From assembly GCA_902591665.1 (NCBI GenBank), contig CACJBO010000001.1, positions 15,112 to 79,111 of the forward strand: a stretch of DNA of 64,000 nt. The letters are read 5' to 3'. The notes beneath the pieces are model-generated. The model was not told where the DNA came from. It did not search any database and saw only the letters and a list, made by a program, of their open reading frames with translations. Position 1 is the first letter of the stretch. Each line of letters opens with the position of its first letter. Shown piece after piece: positions 30,515 to 41,228 of this stretch. A program made the position numbers and the translations under genes. The stretch is from an uncultured SAR86 cluster bacterium. Its GTDB lineage: Bacteria > Pseudomonadota > Gammaproteobacteria > Magnimaribacterales > D2472.

Positions 30515-31612
30515 ATGTTCAATGGTCCAGCAATCTTATATGGCTCTAGTATTTCTTATTTTACTGGCAAAATGGAAAATTACTTCAGGGTTAGAAACAT
30601 ACCTTATAAAAGAATAGTTGCTCCTTATCCAGCTTTTGAAAAACAAATGAAGCAGAAGGTTGGCATTCATCAAATGCCAGCAGTAGTATTGCCAGATGGG
30701 AGATGGATGACTGATACCACAAAAATGATTGAGTGGTTTGAATCAAAACTAGATAAACCATCAATCATTCCCAATGATCCAGTTCAGGCTTATATTAGTT
30801 ATTTAATTGAAGATTGGGCTGATGAGTGGTGGTGGCGACCAGCAATGCATTACCGATGGTATTATAAAGAAGGAGCTAATTTTGCATCTGATCGTTTAGC
30901 AACCGAACTTTTAGGATCAATGCCAGCTCCACATTTTCTTAAGAAAAAATTTCTTACCCGAAGACAAAGAAACGGTTATACAGTTGGCGATGGTGTTTCC
31001 AAAGAAAATATTGATGCTATTGAGAATAATGTTAAAACTCTATTTAAAAATTTAGAAAATATTTTCTCTAAAAGAACATTCATTCTTGGCGATATTCCAT
31101 CTCTTGCAGATATTGGTTTATCTGGCCCATTTTTTCGACACTTCGCTCTTGATCCTGTTCCTTTTAAAATTATTGGAAGTGAGGCTCCCTCAATTCTTAG
31201 TTGGCTTAATTCTTTATGGAATACAAAACTACCTTCTCAAGAATATAACTACTTAGATAATATTCCTGAAGACTTGGAACCCTTTCTCAAAGAGATAGGA
31301 AAAACTTATCTACCGTATTTATGTGCTAACGTTGACGCTGTTTCAAAAAATCAAAGTTTTTTTGAATTTCAGTCTGATGACATGCATTTTTTAAAAGCAA
31401 GATATTCTCAATATAGGGTTTGGTGTCTAAAGGAGCTTCAAGATAAATATCATCAGATACCAGAAGACAGAAAAGAAGAAACAAGAAAATTGCTTACCAA
31501 ATATGGATGCTGGGAACCATTATGGAGGTATCAAGATTTACCTATGGATACCGCGCAAGAAGAAAGGCTACCATTCTGGGCAGATAGAAAAATGATTGGG
31601 GTTAATGAGTAA
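30515..31612 (+). CDS. Glutathione S-transferase family protein
   Basis: SYFTGK, QMPAV, DTT, EDWADEW, LGDIPSLADIG. Confidence 0.8.
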   Translation: MFNGPAILYGSSISYFTGKMENYFRVRNIPYKRIVAPYPAFEKQMKQKVGIHQMPAVVLPDGRWMTDTTKMIEWFESKLDKPSIIPNDPVQAYISYLIEDWADEWWWRPAMHYRWYYKEGANFASDRLATELLGSMPAPHFLKKKFLTRRQRNGYTVGDGVSKENIDAIENNVKTLFKNLENIFSKRTFILGDIPSLADIGLSGPFFRHFALDPVPFKIIGSEAPSILSWLNSLWNTKLPSQEYNYLDNIPEDLEPFLKEIGKTYLPYLCANVDAVSKNQSFFEFQSDDMHFLKARYSQYRVWCLKELQDKYHQIPEDRKEETRKLLTKYGCWEPLWRYQDLPMDTAQEERLPFWADRKMIGVNE

Positions 31613-31615
31613 AAA

Positions 31616-31692
31616 TGGTGGGCCCGGGAGGACTCGAACCTCCGACCAATGGATTATGAGTCCACTGCTCTAACCAACTGAGCTACAGGCCC
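31616..31692 (-). tRNA. ileX: tRNA-Ile2 (CAT anticodon, lysidine type)
   Basis: 77 nt GGGCCTGTAGCTCAGTTGGTTAGAGC...CTCATAA...GGTTCGAGTCC...GGCCCACCA; resembles ileX and lies downstream of rpoD. Confidence 0.9.
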
Positions 31693-31797
31693 TTTCAATC
31701 GATGATATCGACTAAAGAACGAGCAATTATATAAGAATATATAATTTAGGGAAGCTTTTATCTCTTGAGAATTTTTGAAATACGTTATTATTAGCAA

Positions 31798-32436
31798 ATG
31801 ATTAACCTTGATGGAGTACAACCCTTTGCAGAAGGTGGCAACAGAAGATGTTATGTGCATCCTGAAAATAGCTATCGCTGTCTAAAAGTTACCATTCAAG
31901 ATCAATCAAAGATAGCTAAGCAAAATGCTCCTTGGTATAAAAAATTTAGAAGTGAATCCACATTTGATGACAATATTCGTGAGCAAAAAGCCTACGGTCA
32001 GAGGGCTTTAAAAAAAGATGATCCTGAAACATGGAAACATCTTGCACGATGGCATGGGATGGTTGAAACGTCTATTGGATTAGCGTCTGAAACCGATTTA
32101 ATTAGAGACAACCAAAATAACATTGCTATTACATTAGAAAAATACCTCTTCACTTATGGTATGACTGACGAGATTCAAAAGGCTATTAAAGAATTTGAAA
32201 CATGGTTAAGATCATCTTTGGTATTAACAAAAAATATTATTCCACACAACATTGTTCTTGGTTATGAGGATGGAAAAATTGTATTAAAAATTATTGACGG
32301 TCTTGGTTCTAAATCCTATCTGCCTCTGACCCAAATCAGTGATCTATTTGCAAGAAGGTATGTAGAAAGGAGAATCCAGTTAATGCAATCAAGAATTAAC
32401 TGGGATTTAACCGGTAGAAAAGGGAGTTGGAAATAA
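31798..32436 (+). CDS. YrbL family (kinase-like) protein
   Basis: GGNRRCYVHP....CLKV, G.VET.IG, NIV, IIDGLG. Confidence 0.8.
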   Translation: MINLDGVQPFAEGGNRRCYVHPENSYRCLKVTIQDQSKIAKQNAPWYKKFRSESTFDDNIREQKAYGQRALKKDDPETWKHLARWHGMVETSIGLASETDLIRDNQNNIAITLEKYLFTYGMTDEIQKAIKEFETWLRSSLVLTKNIIPHNIVLGYEDGKIVLKIIDGLGSKSYLPLTQISDLFARRYVERRIQLMQSRINWDLTGRKGSWK

Positions 32437-32438
32437 AA

Positions 32439-34253
32439 TTAGTCGTCTAAGAAACTTTTTAGATGGCTAGATCTACTAGGATGTCTTAACTTTCTTAAAG
32501 CTTTTGCTTCAATCTGTCTTATTCTTTCTCTAGTAACATCAAACTGTTTGCCAACTTCTTCTAAGGTATGGTCAGTATTCATACCGATACCAAATCTCAT
32601 TCTAAGTACTTTTGCTTCTCTTGCAGTTAACGATGCTAAAACATCATCGGTTGCAAAGTGAAGACTATCTTCAGTAGCATTTTCTAAAGGAGACTCTATA
32701 ACAGTATCTTCAATAAAATCACCTAGGCTTGAATCTTCATCATCTCCAATTGGCGTTTCAGTTGAAATTGGTTCCTTAGCAATTTTTAAAACTTTTCTTA
32801 CCTTATCCTCTGGCATATCTAGTTCTTTACTCAACTCTTCAGGAGTAGGCTCTCTGCCCATATCCTGCATCATCTGACGAGATACTCTATTAAGCTTGTT
32901 GATAGTCTCAATCATGTGAACAGGAATTCTAATTGTTCTGGCTTGGTCAGCAATAGATCTTGTTATAGCCTGTCTAATCCACCATGTTGCATAGGTAGAA
33001 AACTTATACCCTCTTCTGTATTCAAATTTGTCGACAGCCTTCATAAGACCAATATTTCCTTCTTGAATTAGATCAAGGAACTGAAGTCCTCTGTTGGTAT
33101 ATTTTTTAGCAATAGATATTACAAGCCTAAGGTTTGCTTCAACCATGTCTTTTTTGGCTCTTCTCATCTTGGTTTCGCCCATAGACATGCTTCGATTGAT
33201 TTCTTTAATTTCTTTTACACTTAGGCCAACTCTTTGCTCAAGATCGATGATGTCTTTTTGAGCAATTACAACATCTTGTTTTACTTTTTCAAGAAGATCT
33301 TTTTTATATTTTTTCTCTTTCATAAGAGAATCAACCCATCTTACTTTTGTAAGATTTTCTGCATAGCTTGCTAAAAAGTCTTTTCTTGGCATGCGTGCAT
33401 TTCTTACAAGCTGCTCTTGTATAGATTTTTCTTTTTCTCTAATTCTGCTCAAGCCTGATCTTGCTATTGCGGAAATATCATCAAACATTCTTGGACTAAA
33501 CTTGAGGAACTGAAATATTTCACCTAATTTTTTATATTCAGCATTGGCCTCTTTTGAGTGTCTACCTTTAGATTCAATAACTTTTAAAGTTTTATTGTAT
33601 TGACGTTTAAGGTTTGTCATTCTTCTTTGGACTTCCTGCATGTCTGGACCCGAAGACGCTTCTTCATCTGACTCTTCAGCTGCCTCAGCTTCTTCTTTTG
33701 CTCTTTGACTGCCAGGACCTGCTGATGGTACTTCTTCCATCTCCTCTAAGAATCCGGTTAGAAAATCATTAATTTTTTTCTCACCATCTTTGACCATTTG
33801 ATGATACTCAATGACATACTCAACTGTTTTAGGATAGTAAACACTTGCGGCAAGCAAGTCTCTCATACCCTCTTCAATTCTTTTTGCAATCTCAATTTCG
33901 CCTTCACGAGTTAACAGATCAACGGTACCCATTTCTCTCATGTACATACGAACTGGATCAGTAGTTCTGCCTGTTTCATTTTCAACAGCTGCAAGAGCTT
34001 CAGCAGCTTGTTCTAAGGCTATATCATCAGAATCTTCTGACTCTGCTAGTAATAAATCATCTGCATCCGGAGCAGTTTCATGAACTTGAAGACCCAAATC
34101 ATTGATCATTCCAATAATTTCATCTACCTGGTCAGGATCAGATATGTCTTCAGGCAAATGATCATTAACATCTGCATAAGTTAAGTAACCTTGCTCTCTT
34201 CCCTTTTCAATAAGTTCGGCTATCTTTGAACCTTTTTTACTTAATTTATCCAC
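32439..34253 (-). CDS. rpoD: RNA polymerase sigma-70 factor
   Basis: [47 protein letters not shown]; GTG start. Confidence 0.98.
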   Translation of the reverse strand: MDKLSKKGSKIAELIEKGREQGYLTYADVNDHLPEDISDPDQVDEIIGMINDLGLQVHETAPDADDLLLAESEDSDDIALEQAAEALAAVENETGRTTDPVRMYMREMGTVDLLTREGEIEIAKRIEEGMRDLLAASVYYPKTVEYVIEYHQMVKDGEKKINDFLTGFLEEMEEVPSAGPGSQRAKEEAEAAEESDEEASSGPDMQEVQRRMTNLKRQYNKTLKVIESKGRHSKEANAEYKKLGEIFQFLKFSPRMFDDISAIARSGLSRIREKEKSIQEQLVRNARMPRKDFLASYAENLTKVRWVDSLMKEKKYKKDLLEKVKQDVVIAQKDIIDLEQRVGLSVKEIKEINRSMSMGETKMRRAKKDMVEANLRLVISIAKKYTNRGLQFLDLIQEGNIGLMKAVDKFEYRRGYKFSTYATWWIRQAITRSIADQARTIRIPVHMIETINKLNRVSRQMMQDMGREPTPEELSKELDMPEDKVRKVLKIAKEPISTETPIGDDEDSSLGDFIEDTVIESPLENATEDSLHFATDDVLASLTAREAKVLRMRFGIGMNTDHTLEEVGKQFDVTRERIRQIEAKALRKLRHPSRSSHLKSFLDD

Positions 34254-34311
34254 GAATTCTTGTACTCCAAATGTATTAGCTCTATTTGGTGATTAATTTC
34301 ATTATTTCAAT

Positions 34312-36087
34312 CTATTTTGAGCTTAAATTTTTTAATAAAATCTGATCTTCCTCTGACATTACATCCTTTTTCAGGATTATCTGTTGTAGTTCTCTTTTTT
34401 CAGCAGATGTTATTTCCTGCATATTATACTTTTCTTTTAATGTTTCCTGCCTATCTTTTTCAGATTTTGAAATTATATCAATACAATCGTTAAGCATTTT
34501 TTTTGCATTTTCCTCTGATAGTTTTATCTCAGAAACTAATGCTTCTCCAAATAGATTTTTTATTTTTTCATTTTCTATTTGTTCAAAAAGTATTGAAGGT
34601 GATGCTGTTGGATTGTCTTTATAAAAGTTCCTAACATCATGTAAAAATAAAAATCTTGAATCTTTTGCAATTAGATTAAAAGACCTTTCACCTGCTAACT
34701 TAGGATATTGAATTAAAGCTGTGAAAACTCCCAAAACCGACTTTCTAATGACAGAGGCTGAAACTTTTTTGACAGGCTCTTCTTGTTTTACATTTTCTGG
34801 GACTATATTAATAACACCGTTAAGTAATTTCCCAAAATCTAAATCACAAATATGCCCAATCTCACTGGTATAAGCCTCTCTTAATGTTGGATTTACAATT
34901 TTATCAACCAGAGGAACTGCAAACTGAGCAACCCTTGACCTTCCTTCAATTGATGAAAGATCGTCTTGTTTCTTGATGGTATCCAAAAAGTATTCTGAAA
35001 AAGTGATAGCTTCATCTGCTAGCTTTAAAAAAGCATCTTTGCCTTTATTTTTTATAAAACTATCTGGATCATCGCCTGGCTTTAAAAATATAAAGCTCAT
35101 CCGCACATCCTCTCTAAGCAAAGGTAAGGCATTCTCGACTGCTCTCCACGATGCCTTTTGACCGGCCTCATCTCCATCAAACACAACAAAAATATCATTG
35201 GTATAACTTAAAATTTTTCGAAGTTGTTCCGGAGTAAAAGCAGTGCCAGAGGAAGCAATAGCATTTTTAATTCCGTATTGATGCAATCCAATAACATCCA
35301 TATAGCCTTCAACTAAAAAAAGAGATTTGGGCCTTTTTTCTATAAGTCTTGCCTCATATAGACCATATAGCTCATATTTTTTCTTGTATGTTTTTGTTTC
35401 AGGTGAGTTTAAATATTTTGCCTGATTGTCTTTATCAGCAATCAACCTGCCTCCAAAAGCTATATGCTCTCCTTTAATATTTCTTATTGGAAACATTAAT
35501 CTATCCCTGAAACGATCGTACATCTCCCCGTTATCATTAGTACCAAAAAGACCAGAATCTTCTAAATCATTTTGATCATATTGTGGAGACAAGATGCTAT
35601 GGAGAGATGGATTTTTTTCCATTGAATAGCCTAACTCAAAAAATTTTGCAGTTTCGCCACTTATTCCTCTGGCTTTTAAATAATCAACTGCATTTTTTCC
35701 TTTTGGTCCTTTTAGTTGGTCTTTAAAAATTTCAGTTGCCTTGGCATTTATGCCAATAGCATCTGATATATCTACTGGCTTTTCTTGTTTCGGCACCTCC
35801 ATTCCGACAGAAGCAGCTAATAATTCAACTGATTCCATAAAATCAATACCATCATATTCTCTTAAAAAGTTGATAGCATTCCCTGAAGCTTTGCAGGCAA
35901 AACAATGGTAGGAACCCGTTTCTTCATATACTACAAATGATGGTGTTTTCTCATTACCATCTCCATGAAAAGGACATTTAGCTTTATATCGACCCCCAGA
36001 TCGTTCAAGCTGGACTCTTCTATTTATAATATCAACAATACTTACCGTAGAAAGCAGTCGGTCAATAAAGCTTGATGGTATAGACAT
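34312..36087 (-). CDS. dnaG: DNA primase
   Basis: CPFH...CFAC zinc finger, KYLNSPET, EGYMDV, FDGDEAG, DPD. Confidence 0.97.
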   Translation of the reverse strand: MSIPSSFIDRLLSTVSIVDIINRRVQLERSGGRYKAKCPFHGDGNEKTPSFVVYEETGSYHCFACKASGNAINFLREYDGIDFMESVELLAASVGMEVPKQEKPVDISDAIGINAKATEIFKDQLKGPKGKNAVDYLKARGISGETAKFFELGYSMEKNPSLHSILSPQYDQNDLEDSGLFGTNDNGEMYDRFRDRLMFPIRNIKGEHIAFGGRLIADKDNQAKYLNSPETKTYKKKYELYGLYEARLIEKRPKSLFLVEGYMDVIGLHQYGIKNAIASSGTAFTPEQLRKILSYTNDIFVVFDGDEAGQKASWRAVENALPLLREDVRMSFIFLKPGDDPDSFIKNKGKDAFLKLADEAITFSEYFLDTIKKQDDLSSIEGRSRVAQFAVPLVDKIVNPTLREAYTSEIGHICDLDFGKLLNGVINIVPENVKQEEPVKKVSASVIRKSVLGVFTALIQYPKLAGERSFNLIAKDSRFLFLHDVRNFYKDNPTASPSILFEQIENEKIKNLFGEALVSEIKLSEENAKKMLNDCIDIISKSEKDRQETLKEKYNMQEITSAEKRELQQIILKKDVMSEEDQILLKNLSSK

Positions 36088-36089
36088 AT

Positions 36090-36479
36090 TTAATTTTCAC
36101 TCAGCCAATTATCAATTAGTATTTTTGCAGCCTGTGCATCTACTAGATCGGTTTTTAATTCTATAAGATTTTGTCTTGCTTCAAAACTTGTTAATCTTTC
36201 GTCTACGTATTCACACGGGATATTGGTGATTTTTTTTAATTTTTTAAAAAAAATATCAACCTCCTTCATCATATCACTATCTGTTCCATCCATATTTAAA
36301 GGTTTTCCAACAAGAATAAGTTCAGGCCTCCACTCTTCGACTATAGACTGAATACTATTCCAGTTTATTTTGTTATTTTTATTAAAAATAATCTCAAGAG
36401 GTGATGAGGTTCTAGTTTTTGTCTGACCCACTGCGACACCAATCTTTTTTACACCAAAATCAAAGGATACGATTTGCAT
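36090..36479 (-). CDS. ruvX: YqgF/RuvX pre-16S rRNA nuclease
   Basis: FDFGVKKIGVAVG, DERLTS, DAQAA; ATG at 36479 overlaps the upstream stop (TAATG). Confidence 0.92.
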   Translation of the reverse strand: MQIVSFDFGVKKIGVAVGQTKTRTSSPLEIIFNKNNKINWNSIQSIVEEWRPELILVGKPLNMDGTDSDMMKEVDIFFKKLKKITNIPCEYVDERLTSFEARQNLIELKTDLVDAQAAKILIDNWLSEN

Positions 36480-37105
36480 TATCTTGGGGTGAAATTCCAA
36501 TCTCTAATTATTTCTAGAATGCCGTACTCATTTATCATCTTTGGATCAAATGGAGCAAAGGGAGCTGCTTTTTCAAGAATGTCTATTGCCATTTTATCGA
36601 CATAAGTATTTCCCGAAGAGATTAAGATTTCTGATTTTATAAGATTTCCAAAAGAATCTATTGTTGCCATTACCTGAACCTTGCTATTTGTATATTCAAT
36701 ATCATTTGCAGCTATTAGCTCATCGCCAATAGATTCGATTTCCCTTTGCCATAAATTTAAATACATTGCTTCTTCATTAGTAACAGTAGAGTTTGCTTGT
36801 AGTTTTTTTACCTTTTGAGCTTGATATATTTTTCTTTCTACTTTTTTTGTAAAGGTGCCCTCTTTGGAACTATTTGATTTAAAAGTATTGTTTACAGATT
36901 CATTTAATTCACCAATAGAGTCCTGAGAAGAATTTGCAAATTTAACATTAATAATTGGCGATTCATCTATAAGTGGTATTTTATAAAAAGTGGTAAATGT
37001 AACTCCAAAAATAAGTACTGTATGAAAAAATATAGACAATAAAAAAGATTTATTGAGTGTTAAAGACCTTTTACTAACTCTTTGATTTGCTGATATCGAA
37101 CTCAT
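36479..37105 (-). CDS. TonB-like protein (TM anchor plus TonB C-terminal domain)
   Basis: SIFFH TM motif; SSG...D...AAPFAPF...IIRDWNF; same position after gshB as Pseudomonas tonB3. Confidence 0.75.
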   Translation of the reverse strand: MSSISANQRVSKRSLTLNKSFLLSIFFHTVLIFGVTFTTFYKIPLIDESPIINVKFANSSQDSIGELNESVNNTFKSNSSKEGTFTKKVERKIYQAQKVKKLQANSTVTNEEAMYLNLWQREIESIGDELIAANDIEYTNSKVQVMATIDSFGNLIKSEILISSGNTYVDKMAIDILEKAAPFAPFDPKMINEYGILEIIRDWNFTPR

Positions 37106-38028
37106 AGTTTAGAAAAATATTCTTGTATAGGATTCTTACCAGATTGATTATATATTTCTCTAGCGCATGTAGGGCTTGTTATATTAATTTCAGTTAAATA
37201 GTCACCAATCATATCTATGCCAGCAAAATTTATTCCTTTAGAGACAAGAAATTTTCCAACAATCTCTGCTACATTTTTTTGTCTTTCATTAATATCCTTC
37301 ACAACACCCCTGCCACCAGCTGCTAAATTACCTTTAAAGCTATCACCCTGGGGTATTCTTGCTAAAGTCTTTTCAAAAGGTTTTCCATGAATAATTAGGA
37401 TTCTAAAATCTCCTTGATAGATTTCAGGTATGAATTCTTGTACTACAATCTGAGTAGTTTCATCTTCTGTCATATCCAATAAAATATCCAAGTTTTCCTC
37501 TTCCATATCCTCCATCTTAAAAATAGATTCACCGCCCATACCATCCAAAGGTTTAACAACTATAGTTTCATGATTAGCTTGAAAATTAATTACTTTTTCA
37601 AGATTTGATGTAACCAATGTTCTAGGAATAAAGTCTTCGAAATGAAGTGCAAATACTTTTTCATTGAATTCTTTTATAGAGTTTGGCTTATTAAATATGT
37701 TGGCTCCTTGGGTCTCTGCAAGACCTAATAAATGAAGAGCATTAACGTAATCAATATCAACTGGGGGATCTTTTCTCATAAAAGTATACAGAAATTCCGA
37801 AACCTGAATTCGTTCTTTTCTGATTCCTTCAACTTGACTTGTTCCAATCTCAATTATGTTACGAGCATCAACATAAACATAACCCTCATCAACATAAAGG
37901 TGCTTCATTTCTGCTTGATAAACCTTATATCCAAGAGAGATAGCCTCTTCCATCATAAAGATAGATGTATCTTTACTAGGCTTTAGTTCTTTCATCGGGT
38001 CTGTGATGAAGAGTACTTTTTTAGTCAT
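37102..38028 (-). CDS. gshB: Glutathione synthetase
   Basis: MRKDPP, NEK, KPLDGMGG, GNLAAGG, EINITSPT. Confidence 0.96.
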   Translation of the reverse strand: MTKKVLFITDPMKELKPSKDTSIFMMEEAISLGYKVYQAEMKHLYVDEGYVYVDARNIIEIGTSQVEGIRKERIQVSEFLYTFMRKDPPVDIDYVNALHLLGLAETQGANIFNKPNSIKEFNEKVFALHFEDFIPRTLVTSNLEKVINFQANHETIVVKPLDGMGGESIFKMEDMEEENLDILLDMTEDETTQIVVQEFIPEIYQGDFRILIIHGKPFEKTLARIPQGDSFKGNLAAGGRGVVKDINERQKNVAEIVGKFLVSKGINFAGIDMIGDYLTEINITSPTCAREIYNQSGKNPIQEYFSKL

Positions 38029-38030
38029 TA

Positions 38031-38759
38031 TTAAATCTTATCAAAATGGTTTTGAAATAATGATGCTATCACAAGAGGCGCTGTTTCTGCTCTTAGAATA
38101 TTTTTTGATAGCAGTTTAAAGCTAAAATCTTTTTCATACATGTGATTGATCTCAGATTCTGAGAATCCAGACTCTGCTCCAGTTATTACAAAAATATTAT
38201 TTGATTCAACCAAACTAACATCAAAATTATCATTTGCCTCCACATCAAATACATATGTTGTACTTTGATCAAGTTTTTTTGTAGCGTCGCTAAGTGAAGA
38301 TACAAAACTAGTAATTGGTAAAAAATTTGTACCGCATTGCTTGCACGCTGAAATAATAACTTCTTCAGATTTGCTATAAATCTTTGATAAATCTTTTTTT
38401 GCAATACTTTGATCAATTAAATCAGGCTTATAAAAAATAAACTCTGTAGCTCCAATTTCGCATAGCTTCTGAATCATAAAATGAAAATTTTCTTTCTTAA
38501 TAAATGGCAGTACGAAACCAAGTCTATTAGTTGCAGGTTTGTCTGTTTTTATGTCAGAAACCCTTTGAAGAGAAGCTGAAGATCTATTTGATTCTAATAT
38601 CTTACAAATTGCTGAAGAGCCATGACCATCAAATACTTCAACTTCGTCATTAATAGCCAGTCTGAGCACTTTTGTTAAGTGCAATGATTGAACCTGATCT
38701 ATTTTAAAGACACTATTTGTTTCTGATACTGATTTACAATATATTCTATGGATTCTCAC
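38031..38759 (-). CDS. rsmE: 16S rRNA m3U1498 methyltransferase
   Basis: HLTKVLRL, QKLCEIG, ACKQC, GAESGFS, ILRAETA. Confidence 0.9.
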   Translation of the reverse strand: MRIHRIYCKSVSETNSVFKIDQVQSLHLTKVLRLAINDEVEVFDGHGSSAICKILESNRSSASLQRVSDIKTDKPATNRLGFVLPFIKKENFHFMIQKLCEIGATEFIFYKPDLIDQSIAKKDLSKIYSKSEEVIISACKQCGTNFLPITSFVSSLSDATKKLDQSTTYVFDVEANDNFDVSLVESNNIFVITGAESGFSESEINHMYEKDFSFKLLSKNILRAETAPLVIASLFQNHFDKI

Positions 38760-38789
38760 AATATCATTATAGCTATAGGTTGAATATAA

Positions 38790-39353
38790 ATGTCAGAGAT
38801 AAATCTTTTATTAGTCCGGCATGGAGAAGCTGCAGAAAGCTGGGGCAAGCATCCAGACCCTGGTTTAAGCGAATTAGGAATAAAACAATCAGCTTCATTG
38901 GTTAATAATAAAATGCTTGAGTTACTAGATTCTTATAGTTTTGTTTCAAGCCCAAAATTAAGAGCAAAAATGACAGCAGAACCATTGATTAAGAAATTTA
39001 ATAAGGAGTTGATAATAAATGATGCATACTCCGAGATACCATCAGATGATATTGATAATTCTCAAAAAAAAGCTTGGCTTACAGATTTGATGAATACCGA
39101 CATCAGAGATTTACCTGATTTTGTAGTGAATTGGAGAAATAACATTATCAAACATTCACTTGGCGTTTCGAAAAATACAATTATATTTACCCATTTCATG
39201 GTTATTAATGCCTTAGTAAGTTCGCTTCTTCAAAAGAGTGCGCTCATGTATTTCTACCCTAATTACGTATCCGTAACTAAAATTACTTTTGAAAATAAAG
39301 AGGTTAAAAGCATCTCTCTAGGTGATGAGAAAAAAACTATAATAAATCTTTAA
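38790..39353 (+). CDS. Histidine phosphatase family protein
   Basis: LVRHGE, SSPKLRA..TA, FTH. Confidence 0.85.
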   Translation: MSEINLLLVRHGEAAESWGKHPDPGLSELGIKQSASLVNNKMLELLDSYSFVSSPKLRAKMTAEPLIKKFNKELIINDAYSEIPSDDIDNSQKKAWLTDLMNTDIRDLPDFVVNWRNNIIKHSLGVSKNTIIFTHFMVINALVSSLLQKSALMYFYPNYVSVTKITFENKEVKSISLGDEKKTIINL

Positions 39354-39420
39354 AAATCTATTGAGCAATTTTTAAACAACTGTAAACTGATATTTCTTAT
39401 TATTAATTTAAAAAATTCAT

Positions 39421-39687
39421 TTGGGAAATAAAAAAAAATCATTTGATAGCTATTCTAAAAAACCACTGAAGGATGAGGTTAGAAAAGCTATGAAAAGATA
39501 TTTTGCACAACTAGATCAAAAAAATATGCCCATCGATGTCTATCAACTTGTACTTAATGAGGTTGAGCCCCCACTTTTAGATGCGGTGATGAAATTTGCT
39601 AATAATAATCAATCCAAGGCTGCAAGAATTCTTGGAATGAATAGAACAACCCTTAGAACAAAATTAAAAAAATATAATATTAAATAA
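39421..39687 (+). CDS. fis: Fis family DNA-binding protein
   Basis: VYQLVLNEVEPPLL, NQSKAARILGMNRTTLRTKLKKY; precedes purH. Confidence 0.88.
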   Translation: MGNKKKSFDSYSKKPLKDEVRKAMKRYFAQLDQKNMPIDVYQLVLNEVEPPLLDAVMKFANNNQSKAARILGMNRTTLRTKLKKYNIK

Positions 39688-41228
39688 TGCATTCAATAAA
39701 GCCAAAAACAGCTCTTATAAGTCTCTCAGATAAATCAGGTCTAGAAGAACTAGTTAAATTTCTAGTCTCAAAAGAAGTAAAAATGCTTTCTACAGGCGGG
39801 ACCTTCAAAGCGATAAAAGAAATTACATCTGAAGTTGTTGAGGTTTCTGACTTTACTGGATTTGAAGAGATGATGGATGGAAGAGTTAAAACTTTGCATC
39901 CAAAGATTCATGCAGGGATTCTTGCAAGACGCGATCAAGACATGGAAATACTTCAACAAAGAGGTTACGAGACAATTGATTTAGTAGTAGTCAATCTCTA
40001 CCCATTTAAAGAAACAATCGCCCAAGATTGTTCTTTTGATGAGGCAATTGAAAAAATAGATATTGGCGGTCCAACCATGATTAGATCAGCTGCAAAAAAT
40101 TTTAAAGACGTTGCTGTTGTATCAAACCCTTCTGATTATTCGAGACTAATTGAAGAATGGGAAAATGGCGATGGCATTTCATATGATTTTAGAAAAGAAT
40201 TATCTCAAAAAGTATTTGAGACAATGGCCGACTACAATCTTTCTATTTCAAATTATCTAAAAGAAGAAACTGATAACTTAATACCGAATTATAGTTTTGA
40301 GAAAAGTTCACCTTTAAGATATGGCGAAAATCCTCATCAAACAGCAAATCTCTTTACCTTCTCTGATCTTGAACATAAAAATATTGCCAATGCAGATATT
40401 TTGCAAGGCAAAGAATTATCCTATAACAATATAGTGGACGCTGATGCGGCATGGGAGTGTGTTAGAGCATTTGATGATCCTGCATGCGTAATTGTTAAAC
40501 ATGCAAATCCCTGTGGAGTGGCAGAATCAGATGATATCTATGATGCCTATGATTTAGCATTTAAAACAGATCCAACATCAGCATTTGGTGGAATCATTGC
40601 TTTAAATAGAACATTAGATACAAAAACGGCTAAAGAAATAAATTCTAGGCAATTTGTTGAAGTTATTTTGGCAACTGATTACGAAGAAGGTGCATTGGCT
40701 GAATTTGCTAAAAAGAAAAATGTCAGAGTTCTAAGAGTAGATCTTGAGCAAGACAATCCCTATCCCGGAATGATTAAAAAAGTATCTGGAGGAATTTTAA
40801 TTCAGTCAGATGATAATTATGTCGTGCCGAAAGAAGACTTGAAATGCGTAACAAAAAGAGAGCCAACACGAGAAGAATTAGATGATTTAATGTTTGCTTG
40901 GAGGGTTGCCAAGTTTGTTAAAAGTAATGCCATAGTTTATGTAAAAAATCGACAAACAATAGGTATCGGTGCTGGCCAAATGAGCAGAGTTATTAGTGCT
41001 GATATTGCAAACTTAAAAGCCAAAGAAGAAGGGTTAGAGGTTAAAGGTGCTTCTATGGCTTCTGATGCATTTTTTCCCTTTAGAGATGGCATAGATAAAG
41101 CTGCTTCAAGTGGAATCTCTTCAATAATTCAACCAGGCGGATCAATCAGAGATGATGAAGTGATTGCAGCCGCAAATGAGAATGATATTGCGATGGTTTT
41201 CACAAGCACAAGACACTTCAGGCACTGA
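39687..41228 (+). CDS. purH: AICAR transformylase/IMP cyclohydrolase
   Basis: GRVKTLHP, IDIGGP, RYGENPHQ, KHANPCG, RHFRH. Confidence 0.98.
   Translation: MHSIKPKTALISLSDKSGLEELVKFLVSKEVKMLSTGGTFKAIKEITSEVVEVSDFTGFEEMMDGRVKTLHPKIHAGILARRDQDMEILQQRGYETIDLVVVNLYPFKETIAQDCSFDEAIEKIDIGGPTMIRSAAKNFKDVAVVSNPSDYSRLIEEWENGDGISYDFRKELSQKVFETMADYNLSISNYLKEETDNLIPNYSFEKSSPLRYGENPHQTANLFTFSDLEHKNIANADILQGKELSYNNIVDADAAWECVRAFDDPACVIVKHANPCGVAESDDIYDAYDLAFKTDPTSAFGGIIALNRTLDTKTAKEINSRQFVEVILATDYEEGALAEFAKKKNVRVLRVDLEQDNPYPGMIKKVSGGILIQSDDNYVVPKEDLKCVTKREPTREELDDLMFAWRVAKFVKSNAIVYVKNRQTIGIGAGQMSRVISADIANLKAKEEGLEVKGASMASDAFFPFRDGIDKAASSGISSIIQPGGSIRDDEVIAAANENDIAMVFTSTRHFRH

Noticed and set aside
11370-31615. 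Possible genomic island between the two tRNA genes
   Set aside because: No integrase, transposase or duplicated tRNA 3' end was found by eye, and the core gene hflX lies inside.
31654-31860. 68-aa minus-strand ORF
   Set aside because: It runs through the tRNA-Ile2 gene and its promoter region.
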